Shown piece by piece: positions 34,569-47,485 of a stretch of 64,000 nucleotides of DNA. How positions within the stretch are numbered: the stretch's first letter is position 1; the number at the start of each line of letters is the position of its first letter. The position numbers and the translations under genes were made by a program. The stretch spans positions 17,608,001 through 17,672,000 of the forward strand of contig NC_073381.1 in the NCBI RefSeq assembly GCF_028641065.1, in the 5' to 3' direction. The notes under the pieces are model-generated. The model did not search any database. It was not told the DNA's origin and saw nothing but the letters and a program-made list of their open reading frames with translations. The stretch comes from Leucoraja erinacea. Its lineage: Eukaryota.

Positions 34569-36514
34569 ATAAATTATCACCGATAACCATGGAGGTAGGT
34601 GAATCTGCGGCTCCGAAAGTTGTAGGGAGCACGGAAGTTGGAGGGGCATTGCAACTTCATTTGGAAGCATGGTGCAATATAACTATGGACAGATATATCC
34701 TTAGCAGTATTAAGGGATATCTGATAGAGTTTTTACACAAACATAACCCTCCAGTACAACATACACCGGACAGAAAATATATACTTACAAAATTAGAACA
34801 AGCAAAAGCTCACATAGAAATTGAAAGGTTATTCAATCAAGGGGTAATTGAACAAACTAAACCTGAAAAACAGGAGTTTGTCTCTAACATATTTATTAGG
34901 AATAAGAAAGATGGGGGTTGTCGTGTGATTATTGATTTGTCAACACTTAACAAATTTGTGCAATATGTTCATTTTAAAATGGATACGTTTAGCACTGCTA
35001 TAGACTTATTGTCTAAAGGTTATTTTATGGCAAGTATTGATCTTAAGGATGCTTATTATACAATACCCATAAGAAATAGACACAGGAGGTTTTTGAAATT
35101 TAATTGGATGGGACAGCTTTGGCAGTATAAGGCTTTGCCAAATGGGCTTACGTCAGCGCCTAGGTTATTTACAAAAATTCTTAAACCAGCCTTGGCATTA
35201 TTGCGACAACAAAATCATAGAGTAATGGCATATTTGGATGATATTCTTATAGTGGGGAAAACTTATGAATTGGCATGTAAGGCAGTGGTCGCCACTAAGC
35301 AATTGTTTGAACACCTGGGGTTCATTATCCATCCAATTAAGTCTAAATTAACACCATCAACTAAAATGGATTACCTGGGGTTCACCATTAACTCAATTGA
35401 TATGTTAGTGACTTTACCACTAGGGAAAGCCACAGAAATACAAAAGGATTGCACAGAGCTTATTAATACCGTTAAACCATCCATTAGACGGGTAGCCAGA
35501 ATGATTGGAAAAATTGTGGCTACATTTCCTGCCATACAATTTGGACCATTACATTACCAAAATTTACAGAGAGACAAAATTAGAGCACTCAAAATTAACA
35601 GAGGCCATTTTGATAGGCCAATGGAGCTAACTATTGAAGCAATAAAAGAGTTACAATGGTGGGAACACAATGTGAAGTATGGCTCCAACCCAATAGTTAT
35701 AGACAACCCGTCTGTGGTATTACAAACAGATGCCAGTGCAATTGGTTGGGGTGCGACGGATACCATCTCGAGCTGTGGAGGGAGATGGAGTATTCAAGAA
35801 GCTAACCTACTAAATACTAAGGGTATAAATTATTTAGAAATGTTAAGTGCATTTCATGGGCTTAAGTCTTTCTGCTCAGGCATGAATCAGCAGCATGTTA
35901 GATTGCAGATAGACAATACCACGGTGGTGGCATATATAAATCATATGGGTGGAAATATATCAATATCTTGTGATATATTGGCAAATTTAATTTGGCAATG
36001 GTGTATACAAAGGAATATTTGGTTATCGGCTACGTATCTACCAGGGATACTAAATTCAGTGGCGGACGCCAGGTCACGAAAATTTAATGAAAATACAGAA
36101 TGGATGTTGAATAGAAAGGTCTTCGGGGAAATTACGGTGAAGTATGGAAGACCGGATATTGATCTTTTTGCATCCAGGTTAAATCACCAGTTACCTAGGT
36201 ATGTATCATGGGAACCAGATCCTGGGGCAGAAGCTACAGATGCATTTTCACTGCACTGGGGGAAATGGTTAATATATGCATTTCCTCCTTTCTGCCTCAT
36301 CAATCGGGTACTAAGGAAAATTCAACAGGATTCGGCATCTGGGATTCTCATAGTACCTGATTGGCCTACACAACCATGGTTCTCGGTGATACAAGATATG
36401 GTTTTAGAACCATGTATGCACTTTAAACGAAGTCCGAAGTTGCTGGTACATCCGGTAACTCATGATAGCCATCCATGTTATAAAAATATTGCTTTGTTGG
36501 CTTGTAGACTTTGA
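34415..36514 (+). CDS. DIRS RT / RNase H / DNA N6-adenine methyltransferase-like ORF
   Basis: DLKDAY, LPNGLTSAPRLF, YLDD; TDAS..GWG, INYLE, DNTT; DLFAS and YAFPPF. Likely start is ATG 34589 (ACCATGG). Confidence 0.93.
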   Translation: MEREEPPAAAASFFRVWPGTSAVENAEASTSAGIATSTSRASTSTTKNKEINKLSPITMEVGESAAPKVVGSTEVGGALQLHLEAWCNITMDRYILSSIKGYLIEFLHKHNPPVQHTPDRKYILTKLEQAKAHIEIERLFNQGVIEQTKPEKQEFVSNIFIRNKKDGGCRVIIDLSTLNKFVQYVHFKMDTFSTAIDLLSKGYFMASIDLKDAYYTIPIRNRHRRFLKFNWMGQLWQYKALPNGLTSAPRLFTKILKPALALLRQQNHRVMAYLDDILIVGKTYELACKAVVATKQLFEHLGFIIHPIKSKLTPSTKMDYLGFTINSIDMLVTLPLGKATEIQKDCTELINTVKPSIRRVARMIGKIVATFPAIQFGPLHYQNLQRDKIRALKINRGHFDRPMELTIEAIKELQWWEHNVKYGSNPIVIDNPSVVLQTDASAIGWGATDTISSCGGRWSIQEANLLNTKGINYLEMLSAFHGLKSFCSGMNQQHVRLQIDNTTVVAYINHMGGNISISCDILANLIWQWCIQRNIWLSATYLPGILNSVADARSRKFNENTEWMLNRKVFGEITVKYGRPDIDLFASRLNHQLPRYVSWEPDPGAEATDAFSLHWGKWLIYAFPPFCLINRVLRKIQQDSASGILIVPDWPTQPWFSVIQDMVLEPCMHFKRSPKLLVHPVTHDSHPCYKNIALLACRL

Positions 36515-37482
36515 AGGAACCTCTACGAGACATGGGGCTATCCAGTAGAACTGTGGATATGATCACAGCAGCGCAAAGAACGTCAACACATAAGCAATAT
36601 TTAACTCACATTAGAAAATGGATAAATTACTGCCATTATAATAATCTGGACCACAGAGATAAGAATGTGCCGGCAGTGCTAGAGTTCCTCACCAGTCTGC
36701 ACTACGAAGGATTGAGTTATAGCACAGTTAATACTGCCAGAAGTGCGTTATCAACTTTTTTGTGGCAAGGAACAGATAGTGTTTCAGTGGGATCTCATCC
36801 GCTGGTAATTAAACTGTTAAAAGGAATTTTCAACACCAGACCGCCTAAACCAAGATACACCCAGATTTGGGATGCTAGTGTGGTCCTCAACATGCTAAGG
36901 ACTTGGTCGCCGGCCACAGCATTGACTCTGGACATGTTGACTAGAAAAGTGGTTATGCTGATGGCATTGGTCACAGCACAGAGGGTCCAGTCACTGCAAA
37001 AGTTGAGACTGGATAGCTTCTCTATGGCGGCAGGACGTTTGGTCTTTGTAATACAGGATTTAATTAAACAAAATAGACCGGGATCAGCAGGACAGGTCAT
37101 TGAATTTCTGGCTTACCCGGAGGACGAACGTCTCTGTATTATGGAACATATTTTGTTGTACATGGAACGGACTAAGGCCATTAGAGGCAAAGAAATGGGG
37201 CTGTTAATCAGCTATAGGAAACCATACCACAGGGTGTCTACCCAGACTATTTCTCGGTGGATTAAATATGGATTAAGGAAGGCAGGAGTGGACACTAATA
37301 TTTTTAAATCTCACTCCACCAGGGCGGCAGCTACATCCGCAGCGAAACGCCTTGAGGTCTCCATGGACCAAATCCTCAGGACTGCAGGATGGTCGTCGGA
37401 GAGGACATTTCAAAAATTCTATAATAAACCACTTAGTGGTGTAGAAACGTTTTCGCGGAAACTTTTAAGTTCCGTATTATAA
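36508..37482 (+). CDS. DIRS tyrosine recombinase
   Basis: TAQR (catalytic R), HSTR, GW and FY catalytic motifs; frame is open from 36508 and the first ATG is at 36532. Confidence 0.92.
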   Translation, partial: TLKEPLRDMGLSSRTVDMITAAQRTSTHKQYLTHIRKWINYCHYNNLDHRDKNVPAVLEFLTSLHYEGLSYSTVNTARSALSTFLWQGTDSVSVGSHPLVIKLLKGIFNTRPPKPRYTQIWDASVVLNMLRTWSPATALTLDMLTRKVVMLMALVTAQRVQSLQKLRLDSFSMAAGRLVFVIQDLIKQNRPGSAGQVIEFLAYPEDERLCIMEHILLYMERTKAIRGKEMGLLISYRKPYHRVSTQTISRWIKYGLRKAGVDTNIFKSHSTRAAATSAAKRLEVSMDQILRTAGWSSERTFQKFYNKPLSGVETFSRKLLSSVL

Positions 37483-39155
37483 TTTATCCCTGATGAACAA
37501 GGGTTTATGATTTGAATTAATAAATATTATTTATTGTTACGGTAAACAATTGATGTCAATGTTTTTCTTGGTTTTTAAAAAATCATTAACAATTTCTCCC
37601 AAACTACCAAGGCAGTTGTGAAGCATGGACTCGGTTTTCCAGGGCATGAGGTCACAGAGCTTTGAAATCTTCATGGAGTCCCTCACGTGACTCCGAAGTA
37701 AAATAGTAAGATTAAACGAGAACTTACCAGTTTGAAGTTTGATCTGTATTTTATGAGGAGGAACGTTGAGGGAATACATGCCCTCCGCTCCCACCCTCGT
37801 AGGGTCAAATCTTAAGCTGGTATCTCTTTAATAATCTTGCTATTTTAGGTCAATATTGGATATCTGTGACCTCACACCTCTGCTTTGAAGGATGACACGC
37901 TGGCGCTGTGGGCGGGCTTCTTCATGTATTCCCTCAACGTTCCTCCTCATAAAATACAGATCAAACTTCAAACTGGTAAGTTCTCGTTTAATCTTACTAT
38001 TCTTGATTAGTATGGGGTAATGGGGAGAAGGCAGAAGAGGGAAAGATAGATCAGCCATGATTGAATGGCAGAGTAGACTTGATGGGCCGAATGGCCTAAT
38101 TCTGCTCCTATCACTTTTGAGCACTCTTCCTTAAAGACCAGTGGAAGCAGAGTATTTGAATATTTTGTTGCAACGGCAGAGGTAGAGTGATTGATAAACA
38201 AGTGTGAAAGATTACCACAGGTAGATAGCAATGCAAAGTTCAGATCAGCCAATAACTTTGTTGAATGGCAGAGAAGAATCCAGGGCTGGGAGGCCACTAC
38301 TGCTCCTAATTTGTTTACTCGTATGCGCATTGACTTTCCACTGTTAAATCATGTCCACCCACATTCCGGATACATATTCGAAATTCCACAGATTGCAACA
38401 CCAGCTTCTGAAACTGGGATGAACAAACTGGTTTTCTGTTGATACACCACAAGTCGTTTTGGAAAATCCCTCCATGGCAATCATGATTTCCGAGCAATTG
38501 ATTGGTGCACAGGTTAAACAACAACATTGAAAGCAATTATGATTAACATTGTTATCGTTCTGAAATATCAGAATCATTAAAGTTTAACACTGACTGCTTG
38601 TTGCTGTGTTGCAAAACTAGGCCAGGTATAAATGAGATAAAAATACACCACCTTCTCATTATGCTAATCAAACTGATGACCTAGAACTATCTTCAACTGA
38701 ATAAAAGGTTGGTGACTAAAAGCAGCCATATTGTCTGTTCAAGGTAGTAAAACTTGGCAAGACATTTCCCAGTAGGAAATTGCAACAGTGTTGGATATGT
38801 TACCACCAAACAGCTGTTAAGACAGGTAATTGGAAATCTTGGTCAAAGCAGTGCTTCTTTTAATAAGGCATTTACAAAAATACAGGGATTCAGGCTGAGA
38901 GCACTATAGATGTGAGTACATTAACAGTGACAGGAGATGTACAAGAGGCTGGAACTGAAGAAGCTCGGAGACCATAAAGGCTTGCAGAGCTGGAGGAAGC
39001 TAGATAGGGAGAAATCCACATTTACAATCAAATGCTGCAAAAGAGCTTTTTTTGCAGGGATTCAAGGGCAAATCCAGGCTGGAGTCCAATCTACAGTCAA
39101 CTAAGTATGAAAGAGAATGCTGAAAGCAAATCTAAGACTCTTCAGAACCAGACTA

Positions 39156-39410
<255 letters not shown>

Positions 39411-39579
39411 CTAGACAAAGGGAAGACACATTAGATTAAGTAACACATGAAACGGGGTTCCCCAGGCCGCTTTTAATTTATACTTGACATGTCAATCCTT
39501 GAGGTGTAGACAGAACTGGCATAAGCGATTCTCCCGAGTTAAACCTTATTATAAATATATAGGCCTGGAGAAAAGGCAA

Positions 39580-39769
39580 GGAGAGTGGATTGTGACAGAT
39601 AATTCTGATTTTATGTAGAGTGGATTGTTACAGACGAATATTGAGGAGAGCAGATTATTATAGAGGAACCTTATGGAGAGAGGATTGTTACAGAGGAATC
39701 TTATGTTGAGGAGAGTAGATTATTATAGAGGAACCTTAAGGGGAGTGGATTATTACAGAGGAATCTTAT
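39580..39769 (+). repeat. Degenerate minisatellite, about 30-bp unit, about 6 copies
   Basis: Repeated GGAGAGTGGATT(G/A)TTACAGAGGAATCTTAT. Confidence 0.75.
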
Positions 39770-40244
39770 TTCCCAGAGAATAATCTCAATTTTCCAGAAA
39801 CAAACTGCATTAAAAGGGATTAAAAGGGCTACTAATCTATTATTAGAATGCCAAGGACACTCACTGATGCTGTCACTTTTTAAGTAGTCTCACAGGACCA
39901 AGGATTGCTTGCTTGCACTGTAGCTCTGAGTTCCCATGCGGAATCTGCAGATGTTCAAGTTCAAGTTCGTGAGTTTGTTGTCATTGCTGTAGATGTGCTA
40001 CAGGTGTCGCGTGGGTGGGTAGTTTGGAACACTGTACATTACATTCATTTCAACTGTCTGCACAAGCATGCTCTGTGCATCCATCACAAAGACACACTGT
40101 TTTCAGAGACCTCCTCCATTTCCTCCATGCTCCTCCTCCATTTTGAGTTGTCATGACCCGGAATTCCCATAAATTAAGGAGAATGTTCACTCTGTAGATT
40201 AATACTACTCCAGTAAGAAGCTGGTTAGAGGCAGACTGAGAATC

Positions 40245-40528
40245 ATATAACCATATAACAATTACAGCACGGAAACAGGCCATCTCGGCCCTACAAGTCC
40301 TTGCCGAACAACTTCTTTCCCTTAGTCCCACCTGCCTGCACTCATACCATAACCCTCCATTCCCTTCTCATCCATATGCCTATCCAATTTATTTTTAAAT
40401 GATACCAACGAACCTGCCTCCACCACTTCCACTGGAAGCTCATTCCACACCGCTACCACTCTCTGAGAAAAGAAGTTCCCCCTCATGCTACCCCTAAACT
40501 TCTGTCCCTTAATTCTGAAGTCATGTCA
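40245..40528 (-). mobile_element. CR1 3' fragment (second family)
   Basis: Same tail as 22965-23378. Confidence 0.8.
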
Positions 40529-40934
40529 ACACAGAATACTGTCTAGCTCGGCTCCAAGGCTGTGGTGCCAGAATTACAGACAGCATGGTACTGCGTAGCT
40601 GACGTAGTGTGGTATCAAATTTATAAGGACAGACAAATTTGAGAAGGATTCGTCTATAATCCATTTTGGTTTATCTAGTTGAAGGTTCTGATGAGATAAA
40701 ATAAAAAAGACTATGTATAGTGGTAGGTTTCCTACATTTTTCTTTAAGAGTCAATGGATTGGAATGGGCCGGGAGAGCAGGGGGTGACTGAGGATGGATG
40801 AGACAAGGGGATGCTGGGTGGGTTTAGCGCAAAGGGGGGCAGAGTGAAAGTGCCGAGGAATAGGGTGAATGTGTCATGAAGGAAACAACAGAACTATGCA
40901 GTTGTTGTAGAGATCTATTTATTCATTAATAAGT

Positions 40935-41170
40935 TTCTCCGTTGCCGAACCAGCAGGTCGAGGAACAGCTTCTTCCCGGCGGCTGTCACTCTACTCAACA
41001 ACGTACCTCGGTGACTGCCAATCACCACCCCCCCCCCCGGACACTTATTATTATTTATTCAAATCGTTTGCTATGTCGCTCTTCAAGGGAGATGCTAAGT
41101 GCATTTTGTTGTCTCTGTACTGTACACTGACAATGACAATTAAAATTGAATCTGAATCTGAATCTGAATC
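40935..41170 (+). mobile_element. Rex1/Babar 3' fragment
   Basis: Matches 19320-19595; (GAATCT)n tail. Confidence 0.75.
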
Positions 41171-41611
41171 ATTATGAACCATAAATTACTGCTGCCTCCC
41201 ATCAATAGATGGATTGCCACAGCAAAGAACCCCATCATTGCAGGAATTACTATCATAAAGAATAAATCCCGTGCTGCACTTTCACTAGAGTGAACATCCC
41301 AGTAAGCTTTGAGCACTTATACCGAGGCTGCAGTGAAGAACACTTTAAGACGACATTGTGTGCAGTAACAAAATTATCCACAATCCGGCTCTCAATGTAT
41401 ACCCATTCTCACCAAAACCAAATGATTGATGCATTAGTGTGGATGATCAGCCATGATCACATTGAATGGTGGTGCTGGCTCGAAGAGCCAAATGGCCTAC
41501 CACTGCACCTACTGTCTATTGTCTAAAATACTTCCCCTCAACAGGAGGGGGGAGGGTTGTCATACAGCAGAGCTACAGCAGGGCTAAACCCAGAATCTGT
41601 CACTGATTGTT

Positions 41612-41822
41612 CAAGAAGGAACTGCAGATGCTGGAAAACCGAAGGTGCACACAAATATGCTGGAGAAACTCAGCGTGTGCAGCAGCATCTATGGAGCGAA
41701 GGAACTAGGTAACGTTTCGGGCCGAAACCCTTCAAGGGTTTCGGCCCGAAACGTTACCTATTTCCTTCGCTCCATAGATGCTGCTGCACCCGCTGAGTTT
41801 CTCCAGCATTTTTATGTGTACC
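41612..41822. mobile_element. Penelope-derived foldback insertion
   Basis: Inverted arms centred near 41733; 17-bp TSD ATCTGTCACTGATTGTT (41595-41611, 41823-41839). Confidence 0.75.
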
Positions 41823-41904
41823 ATCTGTCACTGATTGTTGGGAAGGAAAAGTCCAAATGTAATTATGAACGTTTTAGCATAATCCCCCTCTTCCCTTGCA
41901 AGTG

Positions 41905-42345
<441 letters not shown>

Positions 42346-42542
42346 TTACTTTTCATGCAAAGATAAAAACATAGTTTATCTTTTTCTTATAGTTTATAGT
42401 TTCTCAAGTTCATAGTTTATCTTATCTCCCTCCACAGATGCTGTCTGAGCCTCTGGGCTCCTCTAGCACTTTGAATTTTGTACACCCTCCATTTTGTTCG
42501 GCTGGTTGTCGCAGGATTTTATTGCAGTGACAATAAAGGAGT

Positions 42543-43103
42543 AGAAACATAGAAACATAGAAAATAGGTGCAGGAGGAGGCCATTCGGCCCTTCGAGCCA
42601 GCACCGCCATTCATTGTGATCATGGCTGATCGTCCCCTATCAATAACCCGTGCCTGCCTTCTCCCCATATCCATTGACTCCTCTATCCCCTAGAGCTCTA
42701 TCTAACTCTCTCTTAAATCCATCCAGTGACTTGCCTCTACTGCCCTCTGGGACAGGGAACTCCATAAATTCACAACTTTCTGGGTGAAAACGTTTTTTCT
42801 CACCTCAGTCTTAAATGACTTCCCCTTTATTCTAAGACTGTGGCCCCTGGTTCTGGACTCTCCCAACATTGGGAACATTTTTCCTGCATCTAGCTTGTCC
42901 AGTCCTTTTATAATTTTATATGTTTATATGTATAAGATTCCCCCTCATCCTTCTAAACTCCAGTGAATACAAGCCTAGTCTTTTCAATCTTTCCTCATAT
43001 GACAATCCCACCATCTCGTGAATCTCGTGAACCTACGCTGCACTGCCTCAGTCACAAGGATGTCCTTCCTCAAATTAGGAGACCAAAACTGTACACAATA
43101 CTC
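42543..43103 (-). mobile_element. CR1 3' fragment
   Basis: [10 protein letters not shown] to tail. Confidence 0.85.
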
Positions 43104-43715
43104 TAGATGATAGTTGTGAAACCTTTCCCTCCATTCCTCCAAGAAACATACAGGAATGAACAGATGGTTTCCCCTTGCATCTGCTGCCCTAGTCTTCCTT
43201 GACAGCAGAGGTTGTGGGTTTGGGAGGTGTTGGGAAAGAAGTCTTGGCAAGTTACTGCAGAATTTTTTTTGTGGGTGGTACATGGAGGAACAAAACATTT
43301 CATGGTGGATGGACTGCCAATCAAGAGGTTGTTTTGTCCTCAATAGAGTCGAGCTTCTTGCCTGTCGTTTGGGTTCCATTCATCCAGGCAAGTGGAAATT
43401 AATCCATCGCACTACTGACTTGTGAGGAAAATCTTTGTAGTGTCAGGAGATGAATCAGTGGCTGCATAATCCCTGTGATTAACCCACATTTGTAACTATG
43501 GTATTTCTGTATGTGGATAGTCCAGGTAAGTTGCTGGTTAATGATAACCACCACCTCAAATGATACACAATTCAAAATTAAATGTTGCTGGGAATGTTCA
43601 ACCTACTCCTCCCAAAGGCCAAGGATACTGGAGGTTTTCAAATAGCTAAATGTGTTGGGTTTTTTTCGTTCAAGGTTTCAGAAATTTTCCGGAAATAATT
43701 TAATAAATTTCACTG

Positions 43716-44030
43716 TGGCATAGTGGCGCAGTGGTAGAGTTGCTACCTTTCAGTGCCAGAGACCCGGGTTCAATCCTGATTATGGGTGCTGTCTGTACGG
43801 AGTTTGTCAGTTCTCCCAGTGACCTCGCAGGTTTTCTCCGGTGCTCCGGTTTCCTCACACATTCCAAAGACATGCTGTCTTTTTGGGTTAATTGGTTTCT
43901 GTAAATTGTCCCTTGTGTGTGTATGTGTAACATAGAACTAGTGTACAAGTGATCGTTGGTTAGCCGAAGGGCCTGTTTCTCTAAAATTCACTGTATCTCT
44001 CACTGTATCTCTAAAACAAAAACTAAAAAT
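43716..44030 (+). mobile_element. HE1-like SINE
   Basis: A box TGGCGCAGTGG and B box GGTTCAATCCT. Confidence 0.7.
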
Positions 44031-44109
44031 TGAGAAAAATTAGAATAAGTGAAGGTAAAAGTGCAACAAAATAACTAAGCCAACTCAAGAGACTGAATGA
44101 CCTTGACTT

Positions 44110-44815
44110 GACTTTTCAGTCACTACCCGGTCGAGGATGCGTCATTCTTCCGAGCCACATCTTCGCCCCCCCTCCTCGCAGCCTACCATCTGGATTGACG
44201 GGGCCTTTCCTGCCGGAGACCAGTGAGAACTTCAGCAACGGCACAGCACTGAAGTACCATTGCGGAGTAGGCAATGCCTTACCGGGGTGGCTGTGTTGGA
44301 AGCTCTGGAGTGCTGGAACTGCTGACTTTAACATCGTGGAGCTGTGGTCTGCGGAGCTTCCAGCAACGGGCTGTGCTGACTTAAACATCGCGGAGCCCTG
44401 GGATCTTTCGCCGAGGTCGCCAGTGTTGGAGCTCCGCCCAGCACGCCTGTGGACTTCGGGAACCACTGTCTCCGATAGGAAGCGTCCGATTCGGAACTCC
44501 AAGCCGCTGAGAGTGTTCTTCCAACGCCGGAGTTCCATCATCCGGCGAGAGGGCCTGAAGCATCAGGCCGCCGTTGCAGTGACTGCGGAGGCCTCAATAG
44601 GCCCCGACCATGGGTGAACAAGAGGAAGTGGACTGAACTTTGTTGCCTTCCCTCACAGTGGAAAATGTTGATTCCGCTGTGGGGGATGTTTTTATGTTTT
44701 TATTTTTAATGTTAAATTCTATAGTGTTGTGTTTATCTTATTTGTGTGCTGCATGGTAACTCAAATTTCACTGCACCAATTGGTGTATGTGACAATAAAT
44801 GTCCTTTGTCCTTTG
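44110..44815 (+). mobile_element. Unclassified CpG-rich retroposon with Rex/L2-type tail
   Basis: Shares TTGCCTTCC.TCACAGTG...GTGG.GGATGTT with 49215-49617 and 52865-53202; ends GTGACAATAAA followed by short repeats. Confidence 0.45.
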
Positions 44816-45133
44816 ACCTTGTCTTTGAAATGCAAGTGGAACATGTTTTCACTAAGAAAGAGATAAGTACATACGCATTGACCAACACTGACACAAGATA
44901 TCTCAGATGTAATTGATGCCAATAAATAGGAGCCGAGGTACTAGATCCATTCCCGATATTGTAGCATAAAAGTGCAAATATGCAGGCTGCCAACCACATA
45001 AACTGTTCCCTCCAGGAACCATTAACAGATAACACAATTTATTTATGAAAAGAAATACGTTAAATCAGTGCCTGAAAACCACATGGAAGCTATTACGTTT
45101 CCGTGATGACCGACCGAGCAAATGATCAGTTCA

Positions 45134-45235
<102 letters not shown>

Positions 45236-45455
45236 CTAAATTGGGACAAAATAAGTAACGATGTTGAACATGTCATTTGATAAGCATTAGCAGAATAACA
45301 TCTCCTGGAGGTCATTCAATGTCAAGTCAAAGGCAGGCAGTATCGGCACTATCAAGAGCACCATACATTCTCTGTATCCTCTGATGCAGCACATGCAAGA
45401 GCTGGTTTGCTAAGTAACAAACAGACCCATCATCTTTTTGATGATCCTACACTTA

Positions 45456-46453
45456 TAGTGCCCTCCATAATGTTTGGGACAAAGACCCATCATTTATTTA
45501 TTTGCCCCTGCACTCCACAATTTGAGATTTGTAATAGACAAAAATCACATGTGGTTAAAATGCACATTGTCAGATTTTAATAAAAGCCATTTTTATACAT
45601 TTTGGTTTCACCATGTAGAAATTACAGCTATGTTTATACATACTCCCCCCATTTCAGGGCAACATAATGTTTGGGACACAGCAATGTCATGCAAATGAAA
45701 GTAGTCATGTTTAGTATTTTGTTGCATATCCTTTGCATGCAATGACTGCTTGAAGTCTGCGATTCATGGACATCACCAGTTGTTGGGTGTCTTCTCTGGT
45801 GATGCTCTGCCAGGCCTGTATTGCAGCCATCTTTAGCTTATGCTTGTTTTGGAGGCTAGTCCCCTTCAGTTTTCTCTTCAGCATATAAGAGGCATGGTCA
45901 ATTGGGTACAGATCGGGTGATTGACTGGGCCACTCACGAATTGACCAATTTTTAGCTTTGAAAAAATCCTTTGTTGCTTTAGCAGTATGTTTGGGATCAT
46001 TGTCTTGCTGTAGAATGAACAGCCGGCCAATGAGTTTTGAGGCATTTGTTTGAACTTGAGCAGATAGGATGTGTCTATACACTTCAGAATTCATTATGCT
46101 ACTACCATCAGCAGTTGTATCATCAATGAAGATAAGCGAGTCAGTACCTTCAGCAGCCATACATGCCCAGGCCATGATACCCCCACCACCGTGTTTCACA
46201 GATGAGGTGGTATGCTTTGGATCTTGGGCAGTTCCTTCTCTCCTCCATACTTTGCTCTTGCCATCACTATGACGTAAGTTAATCTTCGTCTCACCTGTCC
46301 ACAAGACCTTTTTTCCAGAACTGTAGTTGCTCTTTTAAGTACTTCTTGGCAAACTGTAATCTGGCCATTCTATTTTTGCAGCTAACCAGTGGTTTGCATC
46401 TTGTAGTGTAGCCTCTGTATTTCTGTTCATGAAGTCTTCTGCGGAGAGTGGTG
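45456..46453 (-). mobile_element. Truncated Tc1 copy (same family as 24232-25755)
   Basis: One TIR; ORF 45711-46304 with QQDNDPKH, while the first D and the E of the triad are mutated. Confidence 0.85.
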
Positions 46454-46655
46454 CAAACCCATAATCCAATATTGATGTTATTTCATATTATGCAAAGATT
46501 TGATTGTGCTCCTCTCAGCTCATTGTGGTGTTCTTTATCAGCAATAGCCAGTGTTTGAAACGTGAGATTCAAATGAAACCATGCAGAAAGACTAAGTTGC
46601 AACTTTGCGAGGGTTTATGGTTGATGCAGAACTTTACTGGTAGTCAATAGACAAG

Positions 46656-46766
46656 TGATAACATTGCAGCAAATCTCCAGTTTATATTCATAGAGGGTGA
46701 ATTTACAGTATGCACAAAACTTTACCCTCTATGAACATAAACTGGAGATTTGCTGCGATTTTATCA
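46656..46766. repeat. Long imperfect inverted repeat (about 46-bp arms)
   Basis: TGATAACATTGCAGCAAATCTCCAGTTTATATTCATAGAGGGT ... ACCCTCTATGAACATAAACTGGAGATTTGCTGCGATTTTATCA. Confidence 0.85.
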
Positions 46767-47167
46767 ACATAATGATACACATAATAACAAAGGAATGATA
46801 AAATACAAGTAAGGCATTCAGATCAATCCATCCAAATTGCCCCATAATCTCTGCAAATTGAAAATAATGGATCTCTTATTTATCAAAAGAGTCATAAATC
46901 CCATAAATAGTTTGGCGAAACTAAATAGACAGAGGATGGAATATATCAAGAGTGCATCCATATAATTAAATGCATATTGTAAACATATACATTTTTTTAA
47001 ATCCATTAGATAGAAAATGCAAACTTGCATGTGCTGGCGTTTCCACTATTAAGAAGTTGCAATAGCAATTGAAAAATTTGCATGGGCAGCTCCTACTGTC
47101 AATGTGGACACAAGAACTTGAAATTGCAGAAGTTGGGAGGAAGTTTACATAAACATCTCCACTTTTA

Positions 47168-47485
<318 letters not shown>

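Larger units (their letters stand above)
32894..38001 (+). mobile_element. Near-intact DIRS1-type tyrosine recombinase retrotransposon
   Basis: 35-bp ITRs (32923-32957, 37892-37926); ICR 37668-37780 complementary to both termini; gag, RT-RNaseH-MT and YR ORFs; ATT at both junctions. Confidence 0.95.
32150..38115 (+). mobile_element. Old CR1 copy split by the DIRS insertion
   Basis: Left flank ...GGTAGAGATAGATAGATT rejoins right flank CTTGATTAGTATGGGGT..., restoring the CR1 3' sequence seen at 3108-3145. Confidence 0.7.

Noticed and set aside
33229-34670. Antisense ORFs over DIRS gag
   Set aside because: Shadow ORFs of a GC-rich coding strand.
39580-39769. Repeats of about 30 bp that might suggest a CRISPR array
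   Set aside because: Units are degenerate and contiguous with no unique spacers, in a vertebrate intron; this is a minisatellite.
45711-46304. 197-aa transposase ORF as an active enzyme
   Set aside because: Lacks the DNA-binding domain and one TIR, and two catalytic residues are altered.
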